Shown piece by piece: positions 50,020 to 61,679 of a stretch of DNA of 64,000 nucleotides. Below the pieces are notes generated by a model. The model did not search any database, had not been told where the DNA came from, and saw nothing but the letters and a program-made list of their open reading frames with translations. A program made the translations under genes and the position numbers. The first letter of the stretch is position 1, and the number at the start of each line of letters is the position of its first letter. Origin of the DNA: Octopus sinensis (taxonomy: Eukaryota); the NCBI RefSeq assembly GCF_006345805.1, contig NC_043017.1, positions 14,942,001 to 15,006,000 of the forward strand. Direction: 5' to 3'.

Positions 50020-51130
50020 ATTTCCAAATGAATCAGATACCATTCAGCAAAAAATCTTGATTTATAAAAAGTTTTCCATCTCTAGAAAATTGGGCCTTTT
50101 TTTTTGCGGTATCTTGTCTGTTTGCTTTTTTTTTTGTTTTCTTGTTGGTGGGGAGCGGGTGGGTTCACTGTCTGCAGGGGAAGGGTGGATCACGGAGGGT
50201 GCGGGTGGTGTTGGGGTGGATTGGGGTTCAGCACTATTTATTTTTTCCTTCTTCTCTTCCTCCTTCTTCTGCCTTCTTCCCATTCTTTTTGTACCTCCTC
50301 CTCTTCCGTTGTGACATTCTCCGCTTGCAAGTTTAATTCCAAAACTGCTCTCTTCCAGCCTCCTTCATCTTTCATGGAGGATGTCAACTTCTTCCTCACA
50401 TCCACTGATTACGGCTGCCACTATCCACTCTCCGTCAACATTAGGAGGTATCCCCTCCACCCTGATCCGAGGGCAGAAGGAACACCTTTTCTGTCTTCAC
50501 CGTCCTCGCTGCCATTTTCCTCGCCACACTTTCATTCTTGAATTGGATCTCCACGGTACCGAAACTTATGCCTCTTGCCAAGAATATTATGTCTTCTTCC
50601 GTTCTTTTTAATGCTTCTTCTATTGTTTCCATACCGACGATTTCTGTTTTCTTTTTTCCATTGGCTTAAACCCGGCACGTGATGGTCCTTCGTCCATGCC
50701 ACTCTCCTCGTTTTGGTGGCGGTGACAACTCCACTTCACCGCCGACCTTTTTAATAAATGCCTGGTAGCTTGGCAACTTGGCCAAGTCTATTTCTCTTTC
50801 CTCCGTTCTTGTCGCTCCTGCGTATGTGTTGCCTAATTGCTTGTCCATTTTCTTTATCGCCTTTCCAAGTTCTTCTTTAGAAGTCGATAAATCCGACACA
50901 CTTTCTTACATACTTCTTCTGACCATCTCTCCCTTAGGGAGGGGCAGCCCACTTCTTCCTTGTCTGTCTCAACACAGACAGACAAAAAACCAAAAAGCCG
51001 TGAAATAATAACGTTTAACGATAAAAATTAACAATCAACAATTAAACAGCAACTCACAGGTTCAAATAAGAAGCACAATAACACACAACACATAGCACAC
51101 GGAAACAAATGCACAATTACATACCTGCTA
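50020..51130 (-). mobile_element. L1/Tx1-like LINE 5' region: ORF1 (RRM-like plus low-complexity tail), frameshifted
   Basis: Consecutive minus-strand pieces SDLSTSKEELGKAIKK..., METIEEALKRTEEDIIFLARGISFGTVEIQFKNESVARK..VFLLP..G..IPPNVDGEWIVAAV, then a Lys/Glu/Pro-rich tail; pattern resembles ORF1 RRM regions; no ORF2 seen. Confidence 0.5.
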
Positions 51131-51529
51131 CATGCGAAAGACCAGACATTACGTACTCCCAAAAATTCTCATAGATACTGAATGCTACTTTATAAGCATA
51201 TAATTCAATCTGGCAGCTATAGTAACTGGACTAATTCACTTCATCACTCAATTAAATTTTTCATCTTTTAATTCCTCCCATTCATTCAAAGCCACATATT
51301 TGAGTTCAAGTCCTTGATACATTTTATACTAATTGCTATTTTTTCTTTTAATTGTTATATTACGATTTAATTACCATTTTAATAAAATAAAATATATTTA
51401 ATTACTACTTACTATATTTAATTCAATTATTATTATTACCTCTAACTTTTATTGCAATTTTTATTTCTAAATTTCATATGGAATATATGCGTACAATATA
51501 TTTTTATATGATGTTTATATATATTTAAT

Positions 51530-51834
51530 CACGTGATCACGTGACCGACCAGATCATCAGCCGTTGTTAAACATCGCTGGTCACAATGCGTTCGCATTGT
51601 TTTAGCCTTCACATGACGCCACCCCGCTGGCTGAGCGAGCAGGCCAACAGAAGAAAGAGTGGGAGAAAGAGTGGTGAAAGAGTACAGCAGGGATCACCAC
51701 CCACTGCCGGAGCCTCGTGGGGCTTTTAGGTGTTTTCGCTCAATAAACACTCACAACGCCCGGTCTGGGAATCGAAACCGCAATCCTATGACCACGAGTC
51801 CGCTGCCCTAACTACTGGGCCATTGCGCCTCCAC
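51530..51834 (-). mobile_element. Full-length tRNA-derived SINE (family D)
   Basis: Minus head GTGGAGGCGCAATGGCCCAGTAGTTAGGGCAGCGGACTC...GGTTTCGATTCCCAGACC with box A and box B. Confidence 0.88.
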
Positions 51835-51843
51835 CATATATTT

Positions 51844-51886
51844 CAGTATTACGTGTTAAAAGTGAAACAAAAACATCTCTCTATTG

Positions 51887-51931
<45 letters not shown>

Positions 51932-51986
51932 TATATATACATACAATAGAGAGATGTTTTTGTTTCACTTTTAACACGTAATACTG
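51844..51986. repeat. Perfect 47-bp inverted duplication around a (TA)n tract
   Basis: 51844-51890 is the exact reverse complement of 51940-51986. Confidence 0.95.
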
Positions 51987-52090
51987 TAATAGTGGAGAAG
52001 ATATGATATTGCTGTGGGCTCGCTCTAGGCAAGAATTTAAACATTTTTTTTGCACATGACACTACATGGACCCTAAGTTAGGCATTCTTA

Positions 52091-52141
<51 letters not shown>

Positions 52142-52185
52142 TATATATATATATATATATAGGTATATATATATATATATATAGG

Positions 52186-52240
<55 letters not shown>

Positions 52241-52843
52241 AATTGAGATAGGGGTTGTAAATGCAACCCCCCATGCGATAACATATATCCAATATACTGC
52301 CAGTGAAGTACCCAACAAGTTTAATACGTAAATGTAAAGAATTGCGATGCAATTATTTCATTTACTGTATTATATGGGCAAAGGTAAAGTGATTTACCAC
52401 AAATTCATAATACAAAATAAGAAAATGGAGAAATACATCGAAATCAAATATCAATTATATAAGTAAAATGAGACATACTTATCTGCATGGCCGAAACAGC
52501 TGTAAGATGTAGTCTATATTTATATTTATGTGTACTTATATTTACATTCTCTTATACATATTCTACTTATTGTATAACATTACTCTTTTATGTACACTCC
52601 TTTATTGTACACTGTTTTGTTCTACATCATTATGTTTAACCATATAGTTTCTTATGTGGTGGTTAAATAAAGTATGTGATTAAGTATTATCTGGTAACTG
52701 ATATTTGATTTCGATGTATTTCTCCATTTTCTTATTTTATATATATATATATATATAAAGAGAAACATGCACACAGACACACACTCACATGTATATATAT
52801 GTGTACATGTGTATATATATATATATATATGCATGTATATATA

Positions 52844-52888
<45 letters not shown>

Positions 52889-52895
52889 ATGCATG

Positions 52896-52946
<51 letters not shown>

Positions 52947-53547
52947 ATTATTTTCAGCGTAAACTAGAGAGCTAATTCTCATTCACACATTGAAATGTAT
53001 AAGAATAGAAATAAGATGTTTCCAGTTTGGCAAATATAGAGATCGTGACGTAATATCGACCAAATGGGTTTTACCTCTGCTTGCAGTCGTCCGATCTCCA
53101 TCTCAAATTAACGTCCATACTTACAATCGAGATTGATAGTTGGCGAACAGAACAATGAAAGCGTGAGCCGAGGCGTTCTATTGATTTGCCTGTGTTTGCC
53201 TAATCAAGTGAAATTTCCAAATAATTCAGGTATGCTTGCCTTGAATGTCAATGACCCAGTGAACAGGTTTTAAAACGGAGTAACTTTATAGCAAACAATA
53301 GGTGCCATTGAGGATGGCGATGATGGCGGCGACGTTGGCGGTGGTGTTTGTGGTGGCGGAGGAGGAATTTACAGACGCTGTGTCAGTTCATTTGAAGACA
53401 TCGTTGTCAAATAGCGTTAATACATGTTCATACAATTATAGATTCGCACTTCTGGGTTATTGGTTCTGTTTACCATGTTCATGTTGCCATTGTTAGTTAA
53501 ATGTTTAAATAAAATCAAACTTCGCTTAGCTTGTTCAGTTCGCACTT

Positions 53548-53549
<2 letters not shown>

Positions 53550-53619
<70 letters not shown>
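53550..53619. repeat. (CA)n microsatellite
   Basis: Directly visible. Confidence 0.98.
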
Positions 53620-53621
<2 letters not shown>

Positions 53622-53740
53622 CTGCTTTTTTTTCACTTCTTCCTCCTCCCCTTTTCTATCTTCTTCGTTACAACGTTATGTACAACACACGCCACGAATA
53701 TATTCTTGTGTTAGTGTACTACTACTATTAATAATAATAA

Positions 53741-53920
53741 TCGTTTCTACTATAGGCAAAAAGCCTGCAATTTGGGGACGGGGTAGGTCGCTTACATTGA
53801 CCCCAGTGTTACAGTGGTACTTAACATATCGACCCTGAAAGGATAACAGGCAAAGTCGGCCTCAGCAGAATTTCAACTCAAGCATTTTGCTCGGTATGCT
53901 AAGAATTCCGCCAGCTCACA
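53741..53920 (-). mobile_element. SINE family A, internally deleted
   Basis: Family core in reverse complement, ending CCAGCTCACA at the AAT array. Confidence 0.75.
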
Positions 53921-53924
53921 TCGT

Positions 53925-54187
<263 letters not shown>

Positions 54188-54647
54188 GATGGGCTACAGA
54201 AAATATTCTGCTCAATAACAGATTTGCATGTCAGTTGCTTGACCTTAACCAGTTGAGTATGTCCCTTGGTGGCTGACTATATGTGCATCTCTGATCCTGA
54301 TCTGAAGTAGTCGGGGAGCAACACCTAGCCATGTGTTGAGTGGAATTCTTTGGGGTTTAAATAATTCAACTCTAGAAACATGTCTGTTTCATTCAACATC
54401 ATTAAACAACCCTTATTCAGGGATCTTTTGACCTCGATGGGTTACTCTACCTGAAGATAATTCTAACTGGGCACCACCAGCAAGGTAATGCACTGTTTAT
54501 CTTGATATGAGATCACCATGTCGCGCACATATGTTTGTGATGCATGTGCCTGGTGTACCCCTATCAGACGAGTAGTCATGATGAGTATACTGGGCTTCGT
54601 GTATTTTACCCATCGTCACTTTGATGGTCTGCACTGCTCTCTTACTC

Positions 54648-54698
<51 letters not shown>

Positions 54699-54853
54699 AG
54701 TGATAATAATAGTGATAATAATAATAATAATGATAATAATAATAATAATAATAATAATAATAGTAATAGTAGTAGTAGTAGTAGTAGTAGTGTAGTAGTA
54801 GTAGTAGTATAGTAGTAGTAGTAGTAGTAGTAGTAATAATGATAATAATTATG

Positions 54854-54893
<40 letters not shown>

Positions 54894-54903
54894 TAATAAT
54901 AAT
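54648..54903. repeat. Compound (AAT)n-(AGT)n-(AAT)n array
   Basis: Directly visible. Confidence 0.98.
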
Positions 54904-55019
54904 ATCCTTCACTCGTACTACGACCCTGAGTGTGTCTCGGCAAGTGTTTGTAAGAAACGTGCAGATTAAAAGTAAATAACAGTAATAATAATAATATGTA
55001 TAATTAAAAAACATTCAGA

Positions 55020-55640
55020 TAAATACATAAGCAAAACACGAATGTATATAACAAGGAAAATAGCACAACTAGGCACCGCGCACATACTAGGCAAAACACT
55101 TTCAATAGAGTGAAAATAAGAACACCACAACAAACCACAGCACATACCCAAGGCACTCAAAGCTGCGCTTGGGAGGGCAGTGAAAGCCACGTGATAAAAA
55201 TAAGACTTCTGAAAAATAATGATGACGATAATAATGAGAATAATGACACCCGAGTCTGGAACTAAGGGAGAAATTGTAACATTTTTTTGGTACTTTCCAG
55301 TACATACAGAACTAGCCATCAACGTCAATAAACCGGTTATAGTTGTTAAAGACCAAAACTATAGAAAGCTTGTTTATTGATCGACACGAACATTTTCTGT
55401 GATCATAATATCTCAGCAAAAAGAATTTGACAAGCTCATAAAAAATATAAAGATTTGGTCATTGAAATTGGAAAACAATATGGCATCTCAATGCGGTTTC
55501 AGTACCAGTGATTGTAGGAGCACTAGGAATGATAATAAAAAAACCAGATTGGAAATTATTTAAGAATGATCCTTGGCTTACCATCCAGGCAAGAAGTGCA
55601 AAATATTGTTTTAACTGAGACGTCCCACATTGTCAATGGG
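55020..55640 (+). mobile_element. Two stacked RLE-type LINE 3' fragments (about 55020-55230 and 55285-55640)
   Basis: RKIAQLGTAHILGKTLSIE* plus 3' UTR, then WYFPVHTELAINVNKPVIVVKD...KDLVIEI..WHL..VPVIVGALGMI. Confidence 0.75.
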
Positions 55641-55859
55641 AAAACGATTAATACCCATGCATTATATTTTTCTTAATAGTTTCATTTTTTAAAATTTTCT
55701 TCACATAATTTCATTTTATTTTGAAAATGAACCATTTAGTACGTTTAGTTTTATGGCCTATCAATGTTTACAGTGGGTTCCTTTGTCCCAGGGGTCGGGA
55801 AGACACTCAGTAAGAAATGGAAACAAAATTGAAAGAAGGAAAACTCATAACAATAATAA

Positions 55860-56239
55860 TCCTTTCTACTATAGGCATGAGGCCCGGAACCCGGGGGGAT
55901 GGATAAGTCGATTACATCAACCCCAGTGCTTGACTGGTGCTTATTTTATCGACCCCAAAAGGACGGAAGGCAAAGTCGACCTCAGTAGAATTCGCAATCA
56001 GAATGTAAAGACGGATGCCCAACGTTTTAAAGATTCTGCGGGCTCGCTGTTTTAATGATAATAATAATGATTTCAAATTTTGCCACAAGGGCAGCAATTT
56101 TAGGAGGAGATAAGTCAATTACATCGACTCCGGTGTTTCACTGGTAATTAATTTATCGACCCTGAAAGGATGAAAGGCAAAATCGACCTCAGAACGTACC
56201 GCTAAGCATTTTTCCCGGCGTGCTAACGATTCTGCCACC

Positions 56240-56240
<1 letters not shown>
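55860..56240 (-). mobile_element. Two adjacent SINE family A copies (about 55860-56048 and 56090-56240)
   Basis: Family core TTTATCGACCC..AAAGGA.G.AAGGCAAA.TCGACCTC in both. Confidence 0.8.
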
Positions 56241-56296
<56 letters not shown>

Positions 56297-56300
<4 letters not shown>

Positions 56301-56585
56301 GAGCACTGAGAAAGCGCAAACCTCCGCCAAGGCAACACCAACGTCCTCTCAACGATCAGCTGGAGAGAATTTTTAAAACAAGAATATCTGAAAGACCGCT
56401 ATCAAAAGTTCTGGAAAAATAATCCAGAATTCTTGTCCTGTACCAGATTGTTCCCAAAATCTAATCAGTTCGTGCAGGTACCAAGGCCAAACATCCCTGA
56501 AAGTTTCATCCGAATCCATCCAGAAGTTCTTGATATATTTTGTCCACGGACAAACAATCAAACGATACCTCTGCCTTCGCTAAGG
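56297..56585 (+). mobile_element. Non-autonomous element, Helentron/HINE-like
   Basis: Starts ACAAGAGCACTGAGAAAGCGCAAACCTCCGCCAAGG right after an AAT run and ends ACCTCTGCCTTCGCTAAGG, a subterminal repeat and truncated 3' hairpin; class assignment is from general pattern only. Confidence 0.4.
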
Positions 56586-56589
56586 AAGA

Positions 56590-56864
56590 AAGACAAGTCG
56601 ATAGATATGAGAGGTTAGCTTGGGAATTTAAGCAGTTTTGGTCGCTGAAAAAGCCGATAGTAGTAACAATAATTGGCTTGAGAAGCACATGCAACAAATA
56701 GGGGCTACAGTAAGGGTGGAACACTTGCATAAAACGGTACAGCTGTTAACCGCTGGAATACTCCGGATGGTGCCCGAAAAATAAGGGGTGTTACTTTAAA
56801 CTCACTGATAGCGAGCAGCTGACACCGTAGTACATCTCCAGCGTTAGAAGCTGTGCAAAGACAA

Positions 56865-56870
<6 letters not shown>
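56590..56870 (+). mobile_element. RLE-type LINE 3' end followed by (AAT)n
   Basis: ...EKHMQQIGATVRVEHLHKTVQLLTAGILRMVPEK* then a short UTR running into the AAT array 56868-56937. Confidence 0.65.
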
Positions 56871-56939
<69 letters not shown>

Positions 56940-57145
56940 CTGCTCATATCCTACGCAAAATACTTTCTATGTAATCTCAAGTTTTAAAATAAACATAATT
57001 TTCATATGGTTTTTTAGACATTCACTAGTACAACACTAAGTACAAAACCAAATATATGGCACCCTAGGCATAACACCAACATGAACTTCCAGCTTGTTGT
57101 CTCTTGAGGTCTCTGGGTGAGACTTGGAGCTAGCATAAGTCAAAC

Positions 57146-57200
<55 letters not shown>

Positions 57201-57203
<3 letters not shown>

Positions 57204-57280
57204 TAATTGTTATCGCCATATTAATATGGCATTCTTATAGATATAAGAATGCCATATTAATATGGCGATAACAATTAATT
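57201..57280. repeat. Perfect palindrome, 39-bp arms with 2-nt spacer
   Basis: 57201-57239 is the exact reverse complement of 57242-57280; each arm contains the 16-bp palindrome GCCATATTAATATGGC. Confidence 0.97.
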
Positions 57281-57700
57281 TCCAGTAAACGCTGCCGTAA
57301 TCTCTTTTATAGAGACTTAGTAATTTTAATATTTCTATTATTGAAAACAAGTGGATGTATTCCACTGAAACTAGGTAAATAGAAACCTTCGAACAGAGAC
57401 GTCAGTGGCGACACCTGCGGGGTCTGACTGCGCTACATTGACAAGGGGCAATACCCCGAAACGCGTCTGTAGCTGTCGGACTGGCAGTGTGAAGCGGCTG
57501 ACCTCCCTTGTTCGAAGGTTATAATGGATACAGATCGTGTATCAATAGCTATCTTAAGGCGGTGGCCTCATGGAGCTGACCAGCGGCAGCGATTATTCTT
57601 ATATCTATAAGAATGCCATATTAATATGGCGATAACAATTAATTTCCAGTAAACGCTACCGTAATCTCTTTTATAGAGACTTAGTAATTTTAATATTTCT

Positions 57701-57704
<4 letters not shown>
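57242..57704 (+). repeat. 364-bp unit with 99-bp terminal direct repeat (about 1.27 units), retrozyme/pLTR-like, within an (AAT)n array
   Basis: 57242-57340 equals 57606-57704 with one mismatch; hammerhead in the middle. Confidence 0.85.
57432..57473 (+). ncRNA. Type I hammerhead ribozyme with U3-A8 compensatory core variant, predicted GUC cleavage after 57467
   Basis: GCTACA-TTGACAA-GGGG-CAATA-CCCC-GAAA-C-GC-G-T-C-TGTAGC: stem I 6 bp, stem II 4 bp, helix III palindrome ACGCGT. Confidence 0.85.
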
Positions 57705-57759
<55 letters not shown>

Positions 57760-59151
57760 TAATATTAATAATAATAATAATGTCCTGAATGAGATGAGAA
57801 AACCGTGAAACTAAGAAATTTCGCGAATATTTTTTCAGCAGAACCATTTTACGAACCTTTTTCATTTAACAACGTTTCCCCTCTGACATCGACTAAAACG
57901 GAAGATTCTCAGTAACAAGCTTGTCAAGTCTCTCGTCTCCTCAGTGTTATGAAGTATGTTTTCTACTAAAATGGACGCCTTTATTCTATGCAGATTTGCC
58001 AATTACTAATTTGTGTTTCAAACCACATTCTTGTCAGGATTTAAGATACCAATCCAACTTAGATTGAACTCCAGTTTGGCCACTTGCGACCATTTTGATG
58101 TCGATACGTGAAAAGATATTACAAAAGTAGGAAGGCAATTATTTCAACCATGCACAAGTACAGCGTTAAGTTTAAAGTTTCTCAACAACAGATGTATCTG
58201 GAATGTTAAAGCCATTTCATTCTCATCAAAAAAAGAAATCCAGAATAATAATCATTAGAGACTAATTAGGAATATTTTGCGTAAGCCTTGTCATGTTTGA
58301 TTCTCAGAATATTTCAAGAGAAACAAAAAAAAATGTTCCATTGATGTGAAAATTTCATTTTTGTGAAATATAAGTGAAAACTGAGACATCTAACCTCGAA
58401 TACACGTCTGTTTTATTGTGTAGAGATTAGATAAAATTACTGCAAGAATCCGTCATATATCTAAAGATCTGCTAGAGCTATACATACATGCATTCATCCA
58501 TGTATGTGAGTACGGACGCATACACAGAAATATACACGTGCAGCCACCCCCACCCCCACACATATATAATGCAATACTATTGTTCCAAACGAACAAGTGT
58601 CTGATACGAAAAGATAAAGAAAAGATCAAATTAGAACGTAGTCTTGTTATATGTAAACACACGCATGTATATATATGTATGTATATATATATAAGTGTGT
58701 GTGTGTATGTATATCTGCATATATGTATGTGCGTGTATGTATGTATATATATATAGATAGATAGATAAATAGATGGAGAGATAAACATATAGCGGTAGAT
58801 ATGCCTGTACGTACGTATCTATGCAAGCATGTGTGGATATATATGTAGGAATTTGTATATATATATATATATATATATGCACACACACACATATACATAT
58901 ATGCACACACACATAGAGAGAGAGAAAGAGAGAAAGAGAGAGAGAGAGAGAGAGAGGGGAATGAGGGAGTATCTTCATACATAAGAAAGATGACGTGTAG
59001 TTAAAAGTACTTCCCATCTGTATGACATTTTACAGATCGATTTCTAACGCTAAGACATATATATTTAATGTAAACAGAATAATTCCAATATTCAATTAGA
59101 CGGTAAAATCAGTGATATCACACATATTCCACCACACACACACACAAAAAC

Positions 59152-59220
<69 letters not shown>

Positions 59221-60310
59221 GAGAGAGAGAGGGATGGAGCGGGAAGACAGATACCCATATATCGTCAATATCGCTCAGTTGTACACAATATAATTCCATA
59301 GAAATAGAATGGTAACTTCCTGTGTAATATTTCTGAATATATTGATACAGGCTGCCACATTTTGAAATATTTAACGAAAATACTGAACAGCCAAGTCTAC
59401 ACCAAATAAGCAGAGCTTCTAAATAAATCCTACTGGAAAAAGTAGCTGAATTTCCTCGTAATTATCTGCTTCGTTATTCGTAGATAAGGACGGGTACATT
59501 GGACTAATGCTAGTTCTTGATATACTTTACGAGACGATGATAAACATTTTTTATCATAGATTTGCTCAGTTAGTGCCGTCCTGGAATTAAACAAGGTGAT
59601 GGTATGAATAGCAGCAGAGGCAACCAGTCATTTCCCTCGATAGAAACAGCAGCTAAATATCCTAAAAGTAAAACCTTTCATTTTATACGGGGGAAGAACC
59701 TCCAGCCTGCCTTTTATGCTCTCGGGAAAACCTGGGTCAATATGTCCTTTTAAAATAAGTTAGAATGTGATTTAAGCGAGATTTAGTTGCTGTTTCTATC
59801 ATCTCAAGGCTATTTCTTGGACTCGTGTGCTATCGTAGACTTTTAAGTGCCATCGAAACAACATGAACGCAGACTTGGCTACGTGATTAAGATGTTCGTT
59901 TCACACATGTTGTTTCGGGTTCAATCCCACTGTATGATATGTTGGTGTACTTTCAAAGAGGGAATCGATATGCAAGTTCACAGACGAGACTTCGTTCTCC
60001 GCCGGGTCTTCCATTCTATTGCAAGCGTTTAAGTCAAATGTTTGGAAACAAGCTATCATCTGTTCTTCTTTTAATGAATCTTGGATGCTCAAGTAAACGT
60101 GACAGACGCTGCCTTTCTACGTCACTCTCCTCTTTGCCTACACCCCACCTTGACTCCCTCTCTCTTTCCTCCTACCATCACCGTCTTTCTCTCCTATCAC
60201 TTCTTGTTCGTGTATGAAGGCCATGCATTCATTAGCAGTTGCAGCCAGTTTTTCTCATTTATAAGATTTGAAACTGCTGTGCCTCTTAAATTTCTCTCCT
60301 GTTAACTTTT

Positions 60311-60343
60311 TCCTGAAGAAGGACTCTTGTCCAAAACGTTGGA
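60311..60343 (+). ncRNA. Minimal hammerhead relic inactivated by CpG-type changes
   Basis: TC-CTGAAGA-A-GGAC-TCTT-GTCC-AAAAC-GTT-GGA; G12A and C17U both correspond to CpG deamination of CCGAAACGTCGG. Confidence 0.55.
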
Positions 60344-61643
60344 TTTCCCACTTCCCACAAGTTCACTGAACTTTTCGCTGCTTTTTCTAAATAATACGAG
60401 TCTTGCAGACGTAGACATATTCCAACGTCTTGGGAGTCTCCTTGATCCTAACTAATACTGGTGTTACATTTGTTAAATTGTTAAATTTTCGAGAAACATC
60501 CATTATTTCAAATTGATTGTTTGTTACTTTCTCTCTCCAAAGAAAAGAATCATGTTTTAGAGGCAGAAGTCGAGTGTTCCTCGTTTCTAGTACATGTATG
60601 AAACCTGCCATATCGGAATAATTAGAGAGCATGGGATTGTTTGGTGTATTCTATGGTCTTTGGAAAAAAAACTGATACTATTGACTGGTTTTAATAATTT
60701 TGGCTTGGGAGCATGGTAGGGGTGGTGTATTGGTGGTGGTGGTGGTGGTATAGGATAGGCTGAAATAGTAACAGAAAGGAATTTCCGTTGGGAAATAAAT
60801 CTTAATGCCTGCTTGCAAAATATCATTTTTGAGTGATCAAGAACTCACAACAAATATCGATCGTCTGTAGTTTGCTTTTATGCACGTGTGCCACTTAAGA
60901 GAACAAAGCAAAACAAAAAGACAAAAAAATAACAGCGAAATCACAAAGAGAAAACTAGAATAGAATCTAAAGCAATTTATTGTTGAAAATCGATAGAAAA
61001 ATATCTGTTCTCCTTTTATAATTCCTCTTCCCTGGAATATATCTTTATGGGTTGGAGCCTATAACTCCCACCCACGCTCTATCTCTCCCCCTACACACTT
61101 CTTTAAAGTTCTTTAAGGCTGTTGGTATGTTTTGATATATTTCGTATCTCCCACAAATGATCCGCACCAAGATACTCAAAATCCACCCTAACCCTAACCC
61201 TAACCCTTGCACATTTTTACAGCACATTTAGAAATACTTGACTTCTTTCAATGAAAAACAATTATATAAAACGCAAATACGCTTTAATGATTAAGCACAC
61301 GAAATCACGTGCAGCGCCGCCGGAGAAGACGATCGGAAGGCGACGCCGACTTTAGCTATGAAATAATTATTGGAATAATTTCTCTTGAAATAACAGCCTT
61401 CTATCTTTGAAGTTGCAGTTAGGTCCAGGCTGTTGGGTTTCTCTCCTGCTTCTTCCTGGTTTCCCCGTTAAAATTAATGAAAGACACGGAAGTCACCAAT
61501 ACAGGTTCCAAATGGTGTTGGATCGATTTCATAAAACAAACATAAAATTAATAAAAGAACAATTGAAATTCATATTTCCGAATTGTATTTTCCTTTAACA
61601 ATCATCTTTAGGTATTCACACACACATGCATGTGTGTGCGCGC

Positions 61644-61679
<36 letters not shown>

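Noticed and set aside
52470-52515. CCGAAACAGCTGTAAGATG, the 3' half of a hammerhead
   Set aside because: No CUGANGA core or stem I partner immediately upstream.
59901-60092. Minus ORF with EF-hand-like EEQMIACFQTFDLN
   Set aside because: The canonical loop residues are absent, the upstream region is purine-rich with no acceptor tract, and the ORF runs into a SINE head.
60387-60826. Two overlapping minus ORFs (81 and 79 aa)
   Set aside because: No recognisable family or splice signals; part derives from a (GGT)n run.
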